From the NCBI RefSeq assembly GCF_020169415.1, contig NZ_JAIULG010000017.1:53034-77033 (forward strand): DNA of 24,000 nucleotides, in the 5' to 3' direction. Position numbers and translations under genes: made by a program. Positions within the stretch are counted from its first letter, which is position 1; each line of letters starts with the position of its first letter. Origin of the DNA: Tsukamurella sp. M9C. GTDB taxonomy: Bacteria > Actinomycetota > Actinomycetes > Mycobacteriales > Mycobacteriaceae. Positions 8,312 to 15,135 of the stretch are shown piece by piece. The notes below the pieces were generated by a model. The model did no database searches, was not told the origin of the DNA, and worked only from the letters and a program-made list of their open reading frames with translations.

Positions 8312-9111
8312 CGCACGTCTTCGACGAGGCGACGGCCGTCGAGCCGATCGCCGGCGGTTTCCGCGCTCAGACGCACCCGGCCTACAACAACATGGTCGGC
8401 CCGTTCGGCGGGATCACCGCCGCCACCGTCGTCGCGGCCCTGCAGGCGCACCCCGAGGCGCAGGGCCACCCCCTGAGCCTCACGCTCAACTTCGCCGCGC
8501 CCATCAAGGACGGCGCCTGGGACGTCGCGATCACCGTGCTCCGCACGAACCGCACCAACCAGCACTTCACGTACGTCATCAGCCAGGACGACGGTGCCGT
8601 CGCCTCCGGTACCGCGGTGTTCGGCACCCGCCGCGACACCTGGAGCGACACCGAGACGCCCGTCCCCGAGGTCGGGGCGCCGGAGGACCACGCCGAGCTG
8701 TCCATGCCGGAGTTCGTCGAGTGGGCGAAGAACTACGAGACCCGCTTCGTCGCGGGCAGCCTGGAGATGGACGGCCCGCAGGACGCGTCGACGACCACCA
8801 TGTGGCTGCGCGACAAGCCGGCGCGCGCCCTGGACTACCCGGCGCTGGCCTCGATCTCCGACTCGTTCTTCCCGCGGATCTTCCTGCGCCGCGGCACGTA
8901 CGTCCCGGCGGGCACCATCTCGCTGACGACCTACTTCCACGCGAGCCCCGCGGAACTCGAGCAGCAGTCCGACGACTACCTGCTCGCCACCGCCCGCGCG
9001 GCCCGCTTCGGGCACGGCCATTTCGATCAGTACGGCCAGGTCTGGGGCCGGAACGGCGCGCTGCTCGCGACCACGCATCAGATCGTCTACTACAAGGATC
9101 CGCAGGCCTGA
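8308..9111 (+). CDS. Acyl-CoA thioesterase-like (double hot-dog, TesB-like) protein
   Basis: This is the in-frame portion of track ORF 8029-9111, starting at GTG 8308, which overlaps the ruc stop as GTGA. It reads VTHVFDEATAVEPIAGGFRAQTHPAYNNMVGPFGGITAATVVAALQAH...LTLNFAAPIKDG...TNRTNQHF...HFDQYGQVWGRNGALLATTHQIVYYK. That resembles the thioesterase-like superfamily (4HBT_3 type). The upstream part of the track ORF overlaps ruc out of frame. Confidence 0.75.
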   Translation: MTHVFDEATAVEPIAGGFRAQTHPAYNNMVGPFGGITAATVVAALQAHPEAQGHPLSLTLNFAAPIKDGAWDVAITVLRTNRTNQHFTYVISQDDGAVASGTAVFGTRRDTWSDTETPVPEVGAPEDHAELSMPEFVEWAKNYETRFVAGSLEMDGPQDASTTTMWLRDKPARALDYPALASISDSFFPRIFLRRGTYVPAGTISLTTYFHASPAELEQQSDDYLLATARAARFGHGHFDQYGQVWGRNGALLATTHQIVYYKDPQA

Positions 9112-9160
9112 TCGGAGCGTTCCTCCACAGGTTCGGGGTTATCCACAGGCGCCTCGTTTC

Positions 9161-9187
9161 CGACGGTGCCGGGGCGCGGCACCGTCG
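9161..9187 (+). terminator. 10-bp-stem hairpin between the thioesterase and SAF genes
   Basis: CGACGGTGCC (9161-9170) pairs with GGCACCGTCG (9178-9187) around a 7-nt loop. No U-tract follows, so it could be a terminator, an attenuator or an mRNA-processing element. Confidence 0.4.
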
Positions 9188-9199
9188 TAGCCTCCGGGC

Positions 9200-9832
9200 A
9201 TGGACTCCTTGCAGCCGACCGGGGCGGAACGGATCCGGGCCGCACTGCGGCCCGGCTGGGCACGCACGCTGACGGCCCGGCGGGCGGCCGCGGCGGCGCT
9301 CGCCGTGCTCGCGCTGATCGTGGCCGTCACCAGCCGCCCGAGCGGCCCGCAGGCGCAGGTGCTGGTGGCCGCGCGCGAGCTGGGGCCGGGCGGCCGGCTC
9401 ACCGTCGAGGACCTGGCGGTGCGCACCGTGCCCGCGGAGCTCGCGCCGCAGGACGCGCTCACCGGACCCGACGATGCCGTCGGCCGGTCGGTGACGGGGC
9501 CCGTCGGCGCGGGCGAGATCCTCACCGGCCGCCGCGTGCTCACCGACCGCACGGCCGGGTACATCCGCCCCGGATCGCGGCTGGTCCCGGTCTCGCTGCA
9601 GGACGCGGCCACGATGGACCTGCTCCGCGCGGGCGACGTGGTCGACGTGGTGGCGCAGCGCAAGGACGACTCCCCCGCGGTGCTGGCCCGCTCGGCGACG
9701 GTGGCCGTGGCCGCGGCGCCGCAGGCCACGCGGCAGCAGGCCCGCACGGCGATGCTCGCGATGTCGGAGTCGGAGGCGCACGCCGTGGCGGCCGCGGCGC
9801 TCAGTTCCCCGCTGTCGGTGGTCTTCCGGTGA
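9200..9832 (+). CDS. SAF-domain protein with an N-terminal membrane anchor (CpaB/RcpC-like)
   Basis: The 210-aa ORF has the TM segment AAAALAVLALIVAVT. This is followed by VLVAARELGPGGRLTVEDLAVRTVPAELAPQDALT...VGRSVTGPVGAGEILTGRRV, the typical SAF-domain beta-clip pattern. Confidence 0.7.
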   Translation: MDSLQPTGAERIRAALRPGWARTLTARRAAAAALAVLALIVAVTSRPSGPQAQVLVAARELGPGGRLTVEDLAVRTVPAELAPQDALTGPDDAVGRSVTGPVGAGEILTGRRVLTDRTAGYIRPGSRLVPVSLQDAATMDLLRAGDVVDVVAQRKDDSPAVLARSATVAVAAAPQATRQQARTAMLAMSESEAHAVAAAALSSPLSVVFR

Positions 9833-9834
9833 GG

Positions 9835-10833
9835 TCAGCCGACGCGGTAGGTGAGCTCGCGGATCAGCCACGTCTGGCGCTCCCGCGCGACGTCCGCCGC
9901 GGCGGGGCCGTAGTAGTAGCGCAGGTACTGCTCGCCGGCGCGGCGCTGGGCCCGGGTGGGCAGCGTGGCGAGTTCGGCGGGCGGGGCGAGTTTCGCCGCC
10001 TCGGGCGTGGTGATGGCGCCCTGCAGCCACCGTCGCTGCTCGAGGATCATCCACCACCAGGCGCCGCCGAGCAGGGTCAGGGTGACGGCGCACTTGAGGA
10101 GGATCAGCGCGAAGGCGATCATCGGGTTGTCGCCGCTGGGCGCGTTCCACCAGAAGTGCATCAGGTAGGAGAGCGCCACCGCCAGGGCGGCCAGCGCGGG
10201 GCGGCTCCGCAGCAGCGCGAGGCCGAGCGCGAAGAAGCCGGTGTACACCCCGTGCGACTGGAAGCCGAAGAGCGCGCGGAGCAGTGTCACGGTGAGCGCA
10301 CCGGCGGCGTCGGACTGGGCGTCGCGCAGCGCGAAGGTCATCGCGTAGGTGAGGTTCTCCACCACCTGGAAGCCGAGGCCCGCGAAGGCGCCGACGGCGA
10401 AGATCTGCAGGGGCCGGCGCAACCGGTCGCGGAACATCACCAGCAGCAGGGCGACGCCGGCGCCCTTGATCGTCTCCTCGTCGAGCGGGCCGACGAGGGC
10501 CGCGCCCCAGACGGTGGCGCCGGGATCGTCGAGGACGTCGCTCACGGCGTCGGAGGCGAAGCCGTTGATCTGCAGCGACAGGCCGCACGCGCCGATCGCT
10601 CCCCAGGCGAAGGCGAGCGCCCACGCGCTGCGGACCTGAGCGTGGGAGCGATCGAGCGCCCAGATGATCACCGCGATCACTGCGGCCGCGAGCACGATGA
10701 TCGGCAGCGCCACGGCGATGGCGGTGCCGGGCTCGGCGAGCCGCGGCACCATGTCGCGCGCGAGCACGTAGCCGCCGCACACCAGGCCGGCCGCGAACAC
10801 CCAGAAGGAGATCGTGGTCATCCGCGCGCGCAT
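9835..10833 (-). CDS. PrsW-family intramembrane glutamic/metallo-type protease
   Basis: This is the C-terminal 332 aa of track ORF 9835-11283, starting at MRARMTTISF. It is a multi-pass membrane protein carrying the PrsW/CPBP motifs DEETIKG (EExxK), FQVVEN, HGVYTG and MHFWWN. The ATG at 10831-10833 overlaps the upstream stop as TGATG. The Arg-rich N-terminal extension in the track is an artefact. Confidence 0.8.
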   Translation of the reverse strand: MRARMTTISFWVFAAGLVCGGYVLARDMVPRLAEPGTAIAVALPIIVLAAAVIAVIIWALDRSHAQVRSAWALAFAWGAIGACGLSLQINGFASDAVSDVLDDPGATVWGAALVGPLDEETIKGAGVALLLVMFRDRLRRPLQIFAVGAFAGLGFQVVENLTYAMTFALRDAQSDAAGALTVTLLRALFGFQSHGVYTGFFALGLALLRSRPALAALAVALSYLMHFWWNAPSGDNPMIAFALILLKCAVTLTLLGGAWWWMILEQRRWLQGAITTPEAAKLAPPAELATLPTRAQRRAGEQYLRYYYGPAAADVARERQTWLIRELTYRVG

Positions 10834-11357
10834 CAGACCTCCCGCATCGACTGGACGAGCGCGGTCAGGTCGGGCACAGCACCGTCGGGCGGGCGCAGCG
10901 TGAGCACCGTGACCAGCAGTGCGTCCCGACCGACCACCGCGCACTCCCCCGCCCGGCCGCCGCCGGTAGCGGTGCAGCTGCGGCCCGTGAAGTCGGCACC
11001 GCGGAGCTCGCCGGTGAAGCGCGCGTCGACGCCGCCGGCTTCGAACTCGCGCAGGCGGCGCGGGGCGGCGGTGTCGAAGTCGGTCATGCCGGTGGTGAGA
11101 CGCACGGACAGCGAGCTGCCGGTGGCGTGGGTGAAGCGCGCGACGTCGGCCCGGCCGGACGGCACCTTCTCCCAGCCCGACGGTGCGCGGAAATCGACCC
11201 CGGCGTACTCGTTTCCGACGCGATAGGGCTGGTCGGCGACGGGCGTGTGCGGCGTGGGCACGGCGCGTTCGATCCCGAACCACCCCGCGGCGAGGCCGCC
11301 GACGGCCAAGATCACACCGGCCGAAACGCCCGCGTCCACTGCGCGGATTCGATTCAT
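10833..11357 (-). CDS. Hypothetical single-pass membrane-anchored protein, translationally coupled to prsW
   Basis: This is the frame of track ORF 10833-11387. I prefer the ATG at 11357 (MNRIRAVDAGVSAGVILAVGGLAAGWFGI...) because the upstream codons are AT3-rich. It has an N-terminal TM anchor followed by an extracytoplasmic domain of about 140 aa with one Cys pair (SCTATGGGRAGEC). I recognise no family. Confidence 0.6.
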   Translation of the reverse strand: MNRIRAVDAGVSAGVILAVGGLAAGWFGIERAVPTPHTPVADQPYRVGNEYAGVDFRAPSGWEKVPSGRADVARFTHATGSSLSVRLTTGMTDFDTAAPRRLREFEAGGVDARFTGELRGADFTGRSCTATGGGRAGECAVVGRDALLVTVLTLRPPDGAVPDLTALVQSMREV

Positions 11358-11426
11358 ACGGCTAGCATAAGTCCGAAATTGCATCACGCGTCACTGGCGT
11401 TACAACCTCACGAAGGACACTCGATC

Positions 11427-11882
11427 ATGCTCAAGGGATTCAAGGACTTCCTCCTCAAGGGCAACGTGCTGGACCTCGCGGTCGCCGTTGTCGTCGGTGC
11501 CGCGTTCACCGCGATCGTCACCGCGTTCACCGAGAACATCGTGCAGCCGCTCATCGCCTCGATCGGCGGCGGCAAGGACGTGCAGGGCCTCGCGTGGCAG
11601 ATCGTCAGCGGCAACGACAAGACCATCGTCGACTTCGGCGCGGTGATCACGGCGGCGATCAACTTCATCCTCGTCGCGGCCGTCGTGTACTTCATCCTGA
11701 TCCTGCCGTACGAGGCGCTCAAGAAGCGCAGCGGGAGCACCGCCGGTGAGGACGAGGTGGACGTGCTCGTCGAGATCCGCGACCTGCTCGCCGCGCAGGC
11801 CGCGCAGCCGCAGGGCGGCGCGCACTCGGTCACCGAGCTTCCGCCCACGGGCCAGTTCCCCTCGCAGAAGCCGCAGATCTAG
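11427..11882 (+). CDS. mscL: Large-conductance mechanosensitive channel
   Basis: The start is the internal ATG at 11427 of track ORF 11127-11882. The sequence MLKGFKDFLLKGNVLDLAVAVVVGAAFTAIVTAFTENIVQPLIA...FGAVITAAINFILVAAVVYFILILPYEALKKR is a canonical MscL sequence. The protein is 151 aa. Confidence 0.95.
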   Translation: MLKGFKDFLLKGNVLDLAVAVVVGAAFTAIVTAFTENIVQPLIASIGGGKDVQGLAWQIVSGNDKTIVDFGAVITAAINFILVAAVVYFILILPYEALKKRSGSTAGEDEVDVLVEIRDLLAAQAAQPQGGAHSVTELPPTGQFPSQKPQI

Positions 11883-11895
11883 GCCCAGCTACAAC

Positions 11896-11961
11896 CGAAA
11901 TCCGGCCTCCCCCACGCGGGGAGGCCGGCTTTCGTTTCCGGTCCGACGGTGCCGTCGGCTC
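11896..11961. repeat. Copy 1 of a 64-66 bp double-hairpin terminator module
   Basis: The sequence is CGAAATCCGGCCTCCCCCACGCGGGGAGGCCGGCTTTCGTTTCCGGTCCGACGGTGCCGTCGGCTC. Hairpin 1 pairs CCGGCCTCCCC (11902-11912) with GGGGAGGCCGG (11918-11928), flanked by GAAA on one side and CTTTCGTTT on the other, so it can act in both directions. Hairpin 2 is CCGACGG-TG-CCGTCGG (11943-11958). The module is almost identical to 12461-12524. It lies 14 nt after the mscL stop. Confidence 0.75.
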
Positions 11962-12043
11962 TCGTTCGACTCCACGGCAACCGCATCAAACTCAGCCATC
12001 CCCAAGTCGGACCAACGAGAATCCCCTGACACATCGGGCGACG

Positions 12044-12331
12044 CTACTCACAGCTACCGAACTCCCAGAAGTCGAGAACGTAGTGCTTGAACGCACCGTC
12101 AACCAGGGGAGTCCACGCGCCTTCGCTGTTGGTCTCCGTAAACATGCTTACGTCGACCTTCGTGCCCGGCCACAAAGTGGTGGAAGGAGACGCCGTGGAG
12201 GCCTCCCAATGGCCAGTCACCATCTTCTTGAGAGTGCACGGGCCGCTGGCGTTCGCTGCTGGCGTTGCGCCCACACCGCCACAAACTGCCAGCACGATAG
12301 CGAGTCCCGATGAGATCAGCGCCTTCTTCAT
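12044..12331 (-). CDS. Small secreted protein, unknown family (95-aa precursor, Cys near both ends of the mature chain)
   Basis: This is the frame of track ORF 12044-12349. I place the start at ATG 12331 because GGAGG lies 8 nt upstream. The Sec signal is MKKALISSGLAIVLAVCGGVGATPAANA. The mature chain is SGPCTLKKMVTGHWEAS...HYVLDFWEFGSCE. G+C and GC3 are visibly lower than in neighbouring genes. Confidence 0.6.
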   Translation of the reverse strand: MKKALISSGLAIVLAVCGGVGATPAANASGPCTLKKMVTGHWEASTASPSTTLWPGTKVDVSMFTETNSEGAWTPLVDGAFKHYVLDFWEFGSCE

Positions 12332-12460
12332 CAAACACCTCCGCAGCATGAGTAATTACCAGCGCTATCTTAGCTCTCATCTGCTCGCCTGCGATGAGAT
12401 CGTGAACTCACGGTCATCGTGGTGTGCGCACTTTCAGACCAAGCGCATCTGGCATCAAGA

Positions 12461-12524
12461 CGAAAGCCGGCCTCCCCACGCGGGGGGCCGGCTTTCGTTT
12501 CCGGTCCGACGGTGCCGTCGGCTC
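12461..12524. repeat. Copy 2 of the 64-66 bp double-hairpin terminator module
   Basis: The sequence is CGAAAGCCGGCCTCCCCACGCGGGGGGCCGGCTTTCGTTTCCGGTCCGACGGTGCCGTCGGCTC. It differs from copy 1 by one substitution at the 5' end, one C fewer in the C-run, and GGGGAGG changed to GGGGGG. It begins 4 nt downstream of the porin A stop (12528-12530) on the minus strand. Confidence 0.75.
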
Positions 12525-12527
12525 GCA

Positions 12528-13229
12528 TCAGCCGAGGGTGAAGCGATCGCCCCAGAGGATCACGCGGCCCTTGCTGTCGCCGACCTGGGCGCGGACGATC
12601 ACGTACAGGCGGGCCTGCGCGTAGCCGGCGCAGCCGTCCACGCCGATCGTCTGGTCGCTGTAGGCGAAGCTGCCACTCGAGCCGGTGAAGTCGAAGCTGG
12701 TGGACGGTGCCGCCCAGTCCGGGTCGATCTCGTCGCCCGGCTTCGGCCAGGTCGAACGGTCGTACGTCAGCGACTGTGTACCGATCGAACCCGCCGCGAG
12801 CGAGAGGGACGCGCCGGTCGAACCCGTCACCGAGGGTTCGATCGTCGGGCCGTTGAAGCCGACCGAGGCGCCGGACGCCGCCTCGACACCGGCTTCGACG
12901 CCGGCCGTTCCGACATCGATCTGGCAGCCCACGGCGTACCCCGCCTCGATCGAGCCGCCGTCGGCATCGGCGCCGTTCACCTTGACGCTGACCGTTCCCG
13001 ACACCCAGGCATTGCGCGTGGTGGGCAGTGCAACCATGCCGGGCGACAGCTTGGCGCGCTGCCCGGTGACGGAGACGGTGATCGAGCCGGATCCCGCCTT
13101 CACCGTCTGCGAGGCGTTCCGCAGCGGGATGACAGTATCGGCGCTAGCCGTAGCGGGCACGAGCAGCGCAGCGGTCACGGCGCCTGCCGTGGCGAGCGCC
13201 GCCGCAGCGAGGGAGATTCTCGGGGTCAT
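12528..13229 (-). CDS. MspA-family-like porin, paralogue A (233-aa precursor)
   Basis: This is the C-terminal part of track ORF 12528-13799. The start is ATG 13229, with GAAAGGA about 9 nt upstream. The signal peptide is MTPRISLAAAALATAGAVTAALLVPATASA. By-eye alignment to M. smegmatis MspA gives three matches. TRNAWVSG aligns with TREWFHSG, and EAGYAVGCQI with ELGYQIGFPW. The C-terminus GVDGCAGYAQARLYVIVRAQVGDSKGRVILWGDRFTLG aligns with GTVTGAAGGVLLRPFARLIASTGDSVTTYGEPWNMN. A G/S/T/A-rich central segment is consistent with a beta-hairpin stem. Confidence 0.7.
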   Translation of the reverse strand: MTPRISLAAAALATAGAVTAALLVPATASADTVIPLRNASQTVKAGSGSITVSVTGQRAKLSPGMVALPTTRNAWVSGTVSVKVNGADADGGSIEAGYAVGCQIDVGTAGVEAGVEAASGASVGFNGPTIEPSVTGSTGASLSLAAGSIGTQSLTYDRSTWPKPGDEIDPDWAAPSTSFDFTGSSGSFAYSDQTIGVDGCAGYAQARLYVIVRAQVGDSKGRVILWGDRFTLG

Positions 13230-13393
13230 GTACCCAGTCCTTTCGTACGCCGGCTGAGCTTCGCCGACGATTGAGAGGAAGCTACCAGCCGAAAAACGCC
13301 CAAACCGCCCGTGGAAACGCTGAGTTAACACTGACGGGAAGCTGTAACAGAATAGGCACTTTCTGAGGACTCCGGAGGGTTTCGGGCCGCAAA

Positions 13394-13433
13394 CGACGGA
13401 TCGCCCGCCCCAATCAGGGCGGGCGATCCGTCG
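13394..13433 (-). terminator. 17-bp-stem hairpin downstream of secreted protein 1
   Basis: CGACGGATCGCCCGCCC (13394-13410) pairs with GGGCGGGCGATCCGTCG (13417-13433) around the loop CAATCA. It starts 7 nt after the stop codon at 13441-13443, read on the minus strand. Confidence 0.7.
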
Positions 13434-13440
13434 GTCGGAG

Positions 13441-14802
13441 CTATTCGCCGTCGTTCGCCGCCTCGCCGCCGGTGCCGGGCTCGGCTTCGCCGGTCGAACC
13501 CGCGCTGCCGGACGGCTGCGAGTCGCCACTCCCTGTGGGCGCGGTCGGCTCCTGCGTCGTCGGCGCAGTCGGCTCCGCGGGCTTCGTCCGGTCGGGGCGG
13601 TCGAACAGGTCACGGACGGCGCCGATGAGATCGCGCCCCGTCGCCCCGTCGCCCGTCCCCGAGCCACCGGTTCCCGGGGTCGGCACAGTGGAGCCGGCCT
13701 GCGACGAGCCCTCAACCTCGGGTGCGCCCGAGCCTGAGCCGCTGAGTGTCTTGACGAGAGGCTTCGCGGGCTTGGCCCCCGTCTCGGCCGCAACGCCACC
13801 GGCCGCCGAGCGGTCGGCCGCGGCGTCGGGCAGGGTCGGCACGCCGGGAACGACGGCGCCGATCGCCTTCAGGTCGTACTCGAGGATCTGCCCCGGCAGC
13901 GCGACCACGTTCCCGGCCAGCTCGGTGAGGTAGCCCTGGATCGCCTGCGCCGCGCCGGCGAAGTCGCCCCGGAGCGCCTTCTTGTTCACGGCGTCACTCA
14001 CCGCCTGGAAGATGTTCGCACTCAGCGGGACGCCGTCCTTCTCCTTCGTCTGCCCCTCCTTGAGCGGCTTACCGTCCGCACCGACGTACTCGCCGGCGTC
14101 GTTCGTCTTGTAGCCGACGGTGACGAACGCGGCGAGCCTGGCCTGGTCGAAGTTCTTCAACGGGATCCCCGCGACGGTCAGCAGGCTCCCGACGGTCGGC
14201 AGCGCGAACGGGCTCGCATCAGCCGGGGACGCGGCCGCCCGAACCGCGGTCGCGGTCGGGGCCGGCTTGGGGAAGAAAGCCCCCACGTTCAGGTTGATCA
14301 ACGCCGCCGGGAGGGCGATCACCTTCGAGGCGAGCTGGGCCAGGTAGTTCTGGATCTGCGCCGCGGCGGCAGCGAAGTCACCCTTCAGCGCCACCTTGTT
14401 CACCGAATCACTGATCGCCTGGAAGATGTTCACGTTGACCGCCACGCGATTGTCGGCGACGTACTTCGCGTAGTCCGCGTCGGACTCGCCCACCGCCTTC
14501 TCCCGAAGCGGCTTATCGTTCTTGTCCACCAACTTGCCGGCGGCGTTCGTCTTGTAGCCCGTGAAGACGAACGCGGACGTCCGAATCAGCTCGAAGTTGC
14601 TGAAGGGAAGCGCGAGCACCTTGAGCGGGTCGGGCGCGAACGACTCCAGAGCGGGCAGCTCCGGCAACGCGGCGGCCTGCTGCGCGGAGACGACGGCCGC
14701 GGGCGCGGGCGCAGAGGTGGCGGCGACGGCGTTCGCGCCGACCGGGGTCGCGATGATCGCGGCCGCGGTCACCGCGGCGGCCAGCGAAGTGGTGCGCTTC
14801 AT
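13441..14802 (-). CDS. Secreted two-module repeat protein 1 with a disordered G/S/T/P/E-rich tail; unknown family
   Basis: The 453-aa ORF has the SD GAGGGGA upstream. The Sec signal is MKRTTSLAAAVTAAAIIATPVGANAVA. It contains two copies of a module of about 110 aa. Module 1 spans about aa 59-172 (LKVLALPFSNFELIRTSAFVFTGYKTNAAGKLVDKNDKPL...NIFQAISDSVNKVALKGDFAAAAAQIQNYLAQLASKVIALPAALINL). Module 2 spans about aa 206-311 (LLTVAGIPLKNFDQARLAAFVTVGYKTNDAGEYVGADGKPL...NIFQAVSDAVNKKALRGDFAGAAQAIQGYLTELAGNVVALPGQILEY). A low-complexity tail of about 130 aa follows. Confidence 0.8.
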   Translation of the reverse strand: MKRTTSLAAAVTAAAIIATPVGANAVAATSAPAPAAVVSAQQAAALPELPALESFAPDPLKVLALPFSNFELIRTSAFVFTGYKTNAAGKLVDKNDKPLREKAVGESDADYAKYVADNRVAVNVNIFQAISDSVNKVALKGDFAAAAAQIQNYLAQLASKVIALPAALINLNVGAFFPKPAPTATAVRAAASPADASPFALPTVGSLLTVAGIPLKNFDQARLAAFVTVGYKTNDAGEYVGADGKPLKEGQTKEKDGVPLSANIFQAVSDAVNKKALRGDFAGAAQAIQGYLTELAGNVVALPGQILEYDLKAIGAVVPGVPTLPDAAADRSAAGGVAAETGAKPAKPLVKTLSGSGSGAPEVEGSSQAGSTVPTPGTGGSGTGDGATGRDLIGAVRDLFDRPDRTKPAEPTAPTTQEPTAPTGSGDSQPSGSAGSTGEAEPGTGGEAANDGE

Positions 14803-15135
14803 TGTTGTTAGTTCCCCTCAGTTCAATCTCAGGCGATTCCTACCTGTTCCTGAAAAATAGCACCGCACATGGGGGAAGAAATACGAAGTACGGAAAGTCG
14901 GTTGAGCTATCCATTACCAAGCAATAAAAAGAGTTCTGGCCCCTGGGAGCGATACCCACGGTGGCGGCTTTCGACATTGCACCAGCAATTCGCCGACGGT
15001 TCCGAAACCGGACAAGGAGACACCGACGTGACTCCTGCGCGAACGACTCTGTCGCGCGTCGGTGCACGTCATTCGGCTGACGAGTGACGCCCCGCCACGC
15101 GTATCCGTACCTAGCGCGCTCCGGACTACAGAAAA

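Noticed and set aside
8579-10780. A 733-aa minus-strand ORF and a 686-aa plus-strand ORF (9166-11226)
   Set aside because: Both are Arg/Pro/Gly-rich. They overlap the recognisable thioesterase, SAF and PrsW reading frames either out of frame or antisense. Neither has a motif or start signal.
13230-13799. Long N-terminal extensions of the porin and secreted-protein ORFs in the track (12528-13799, 16739-17482, 15195-16715)
   Set aside because: The extensions are Arg/Pro-rich, cross upstream terminator hairpins or intergenic AT-rich DNA, and precede internal ATGs. Those internal ATGs have good SD sequences and are immediately followed by signal peptides.
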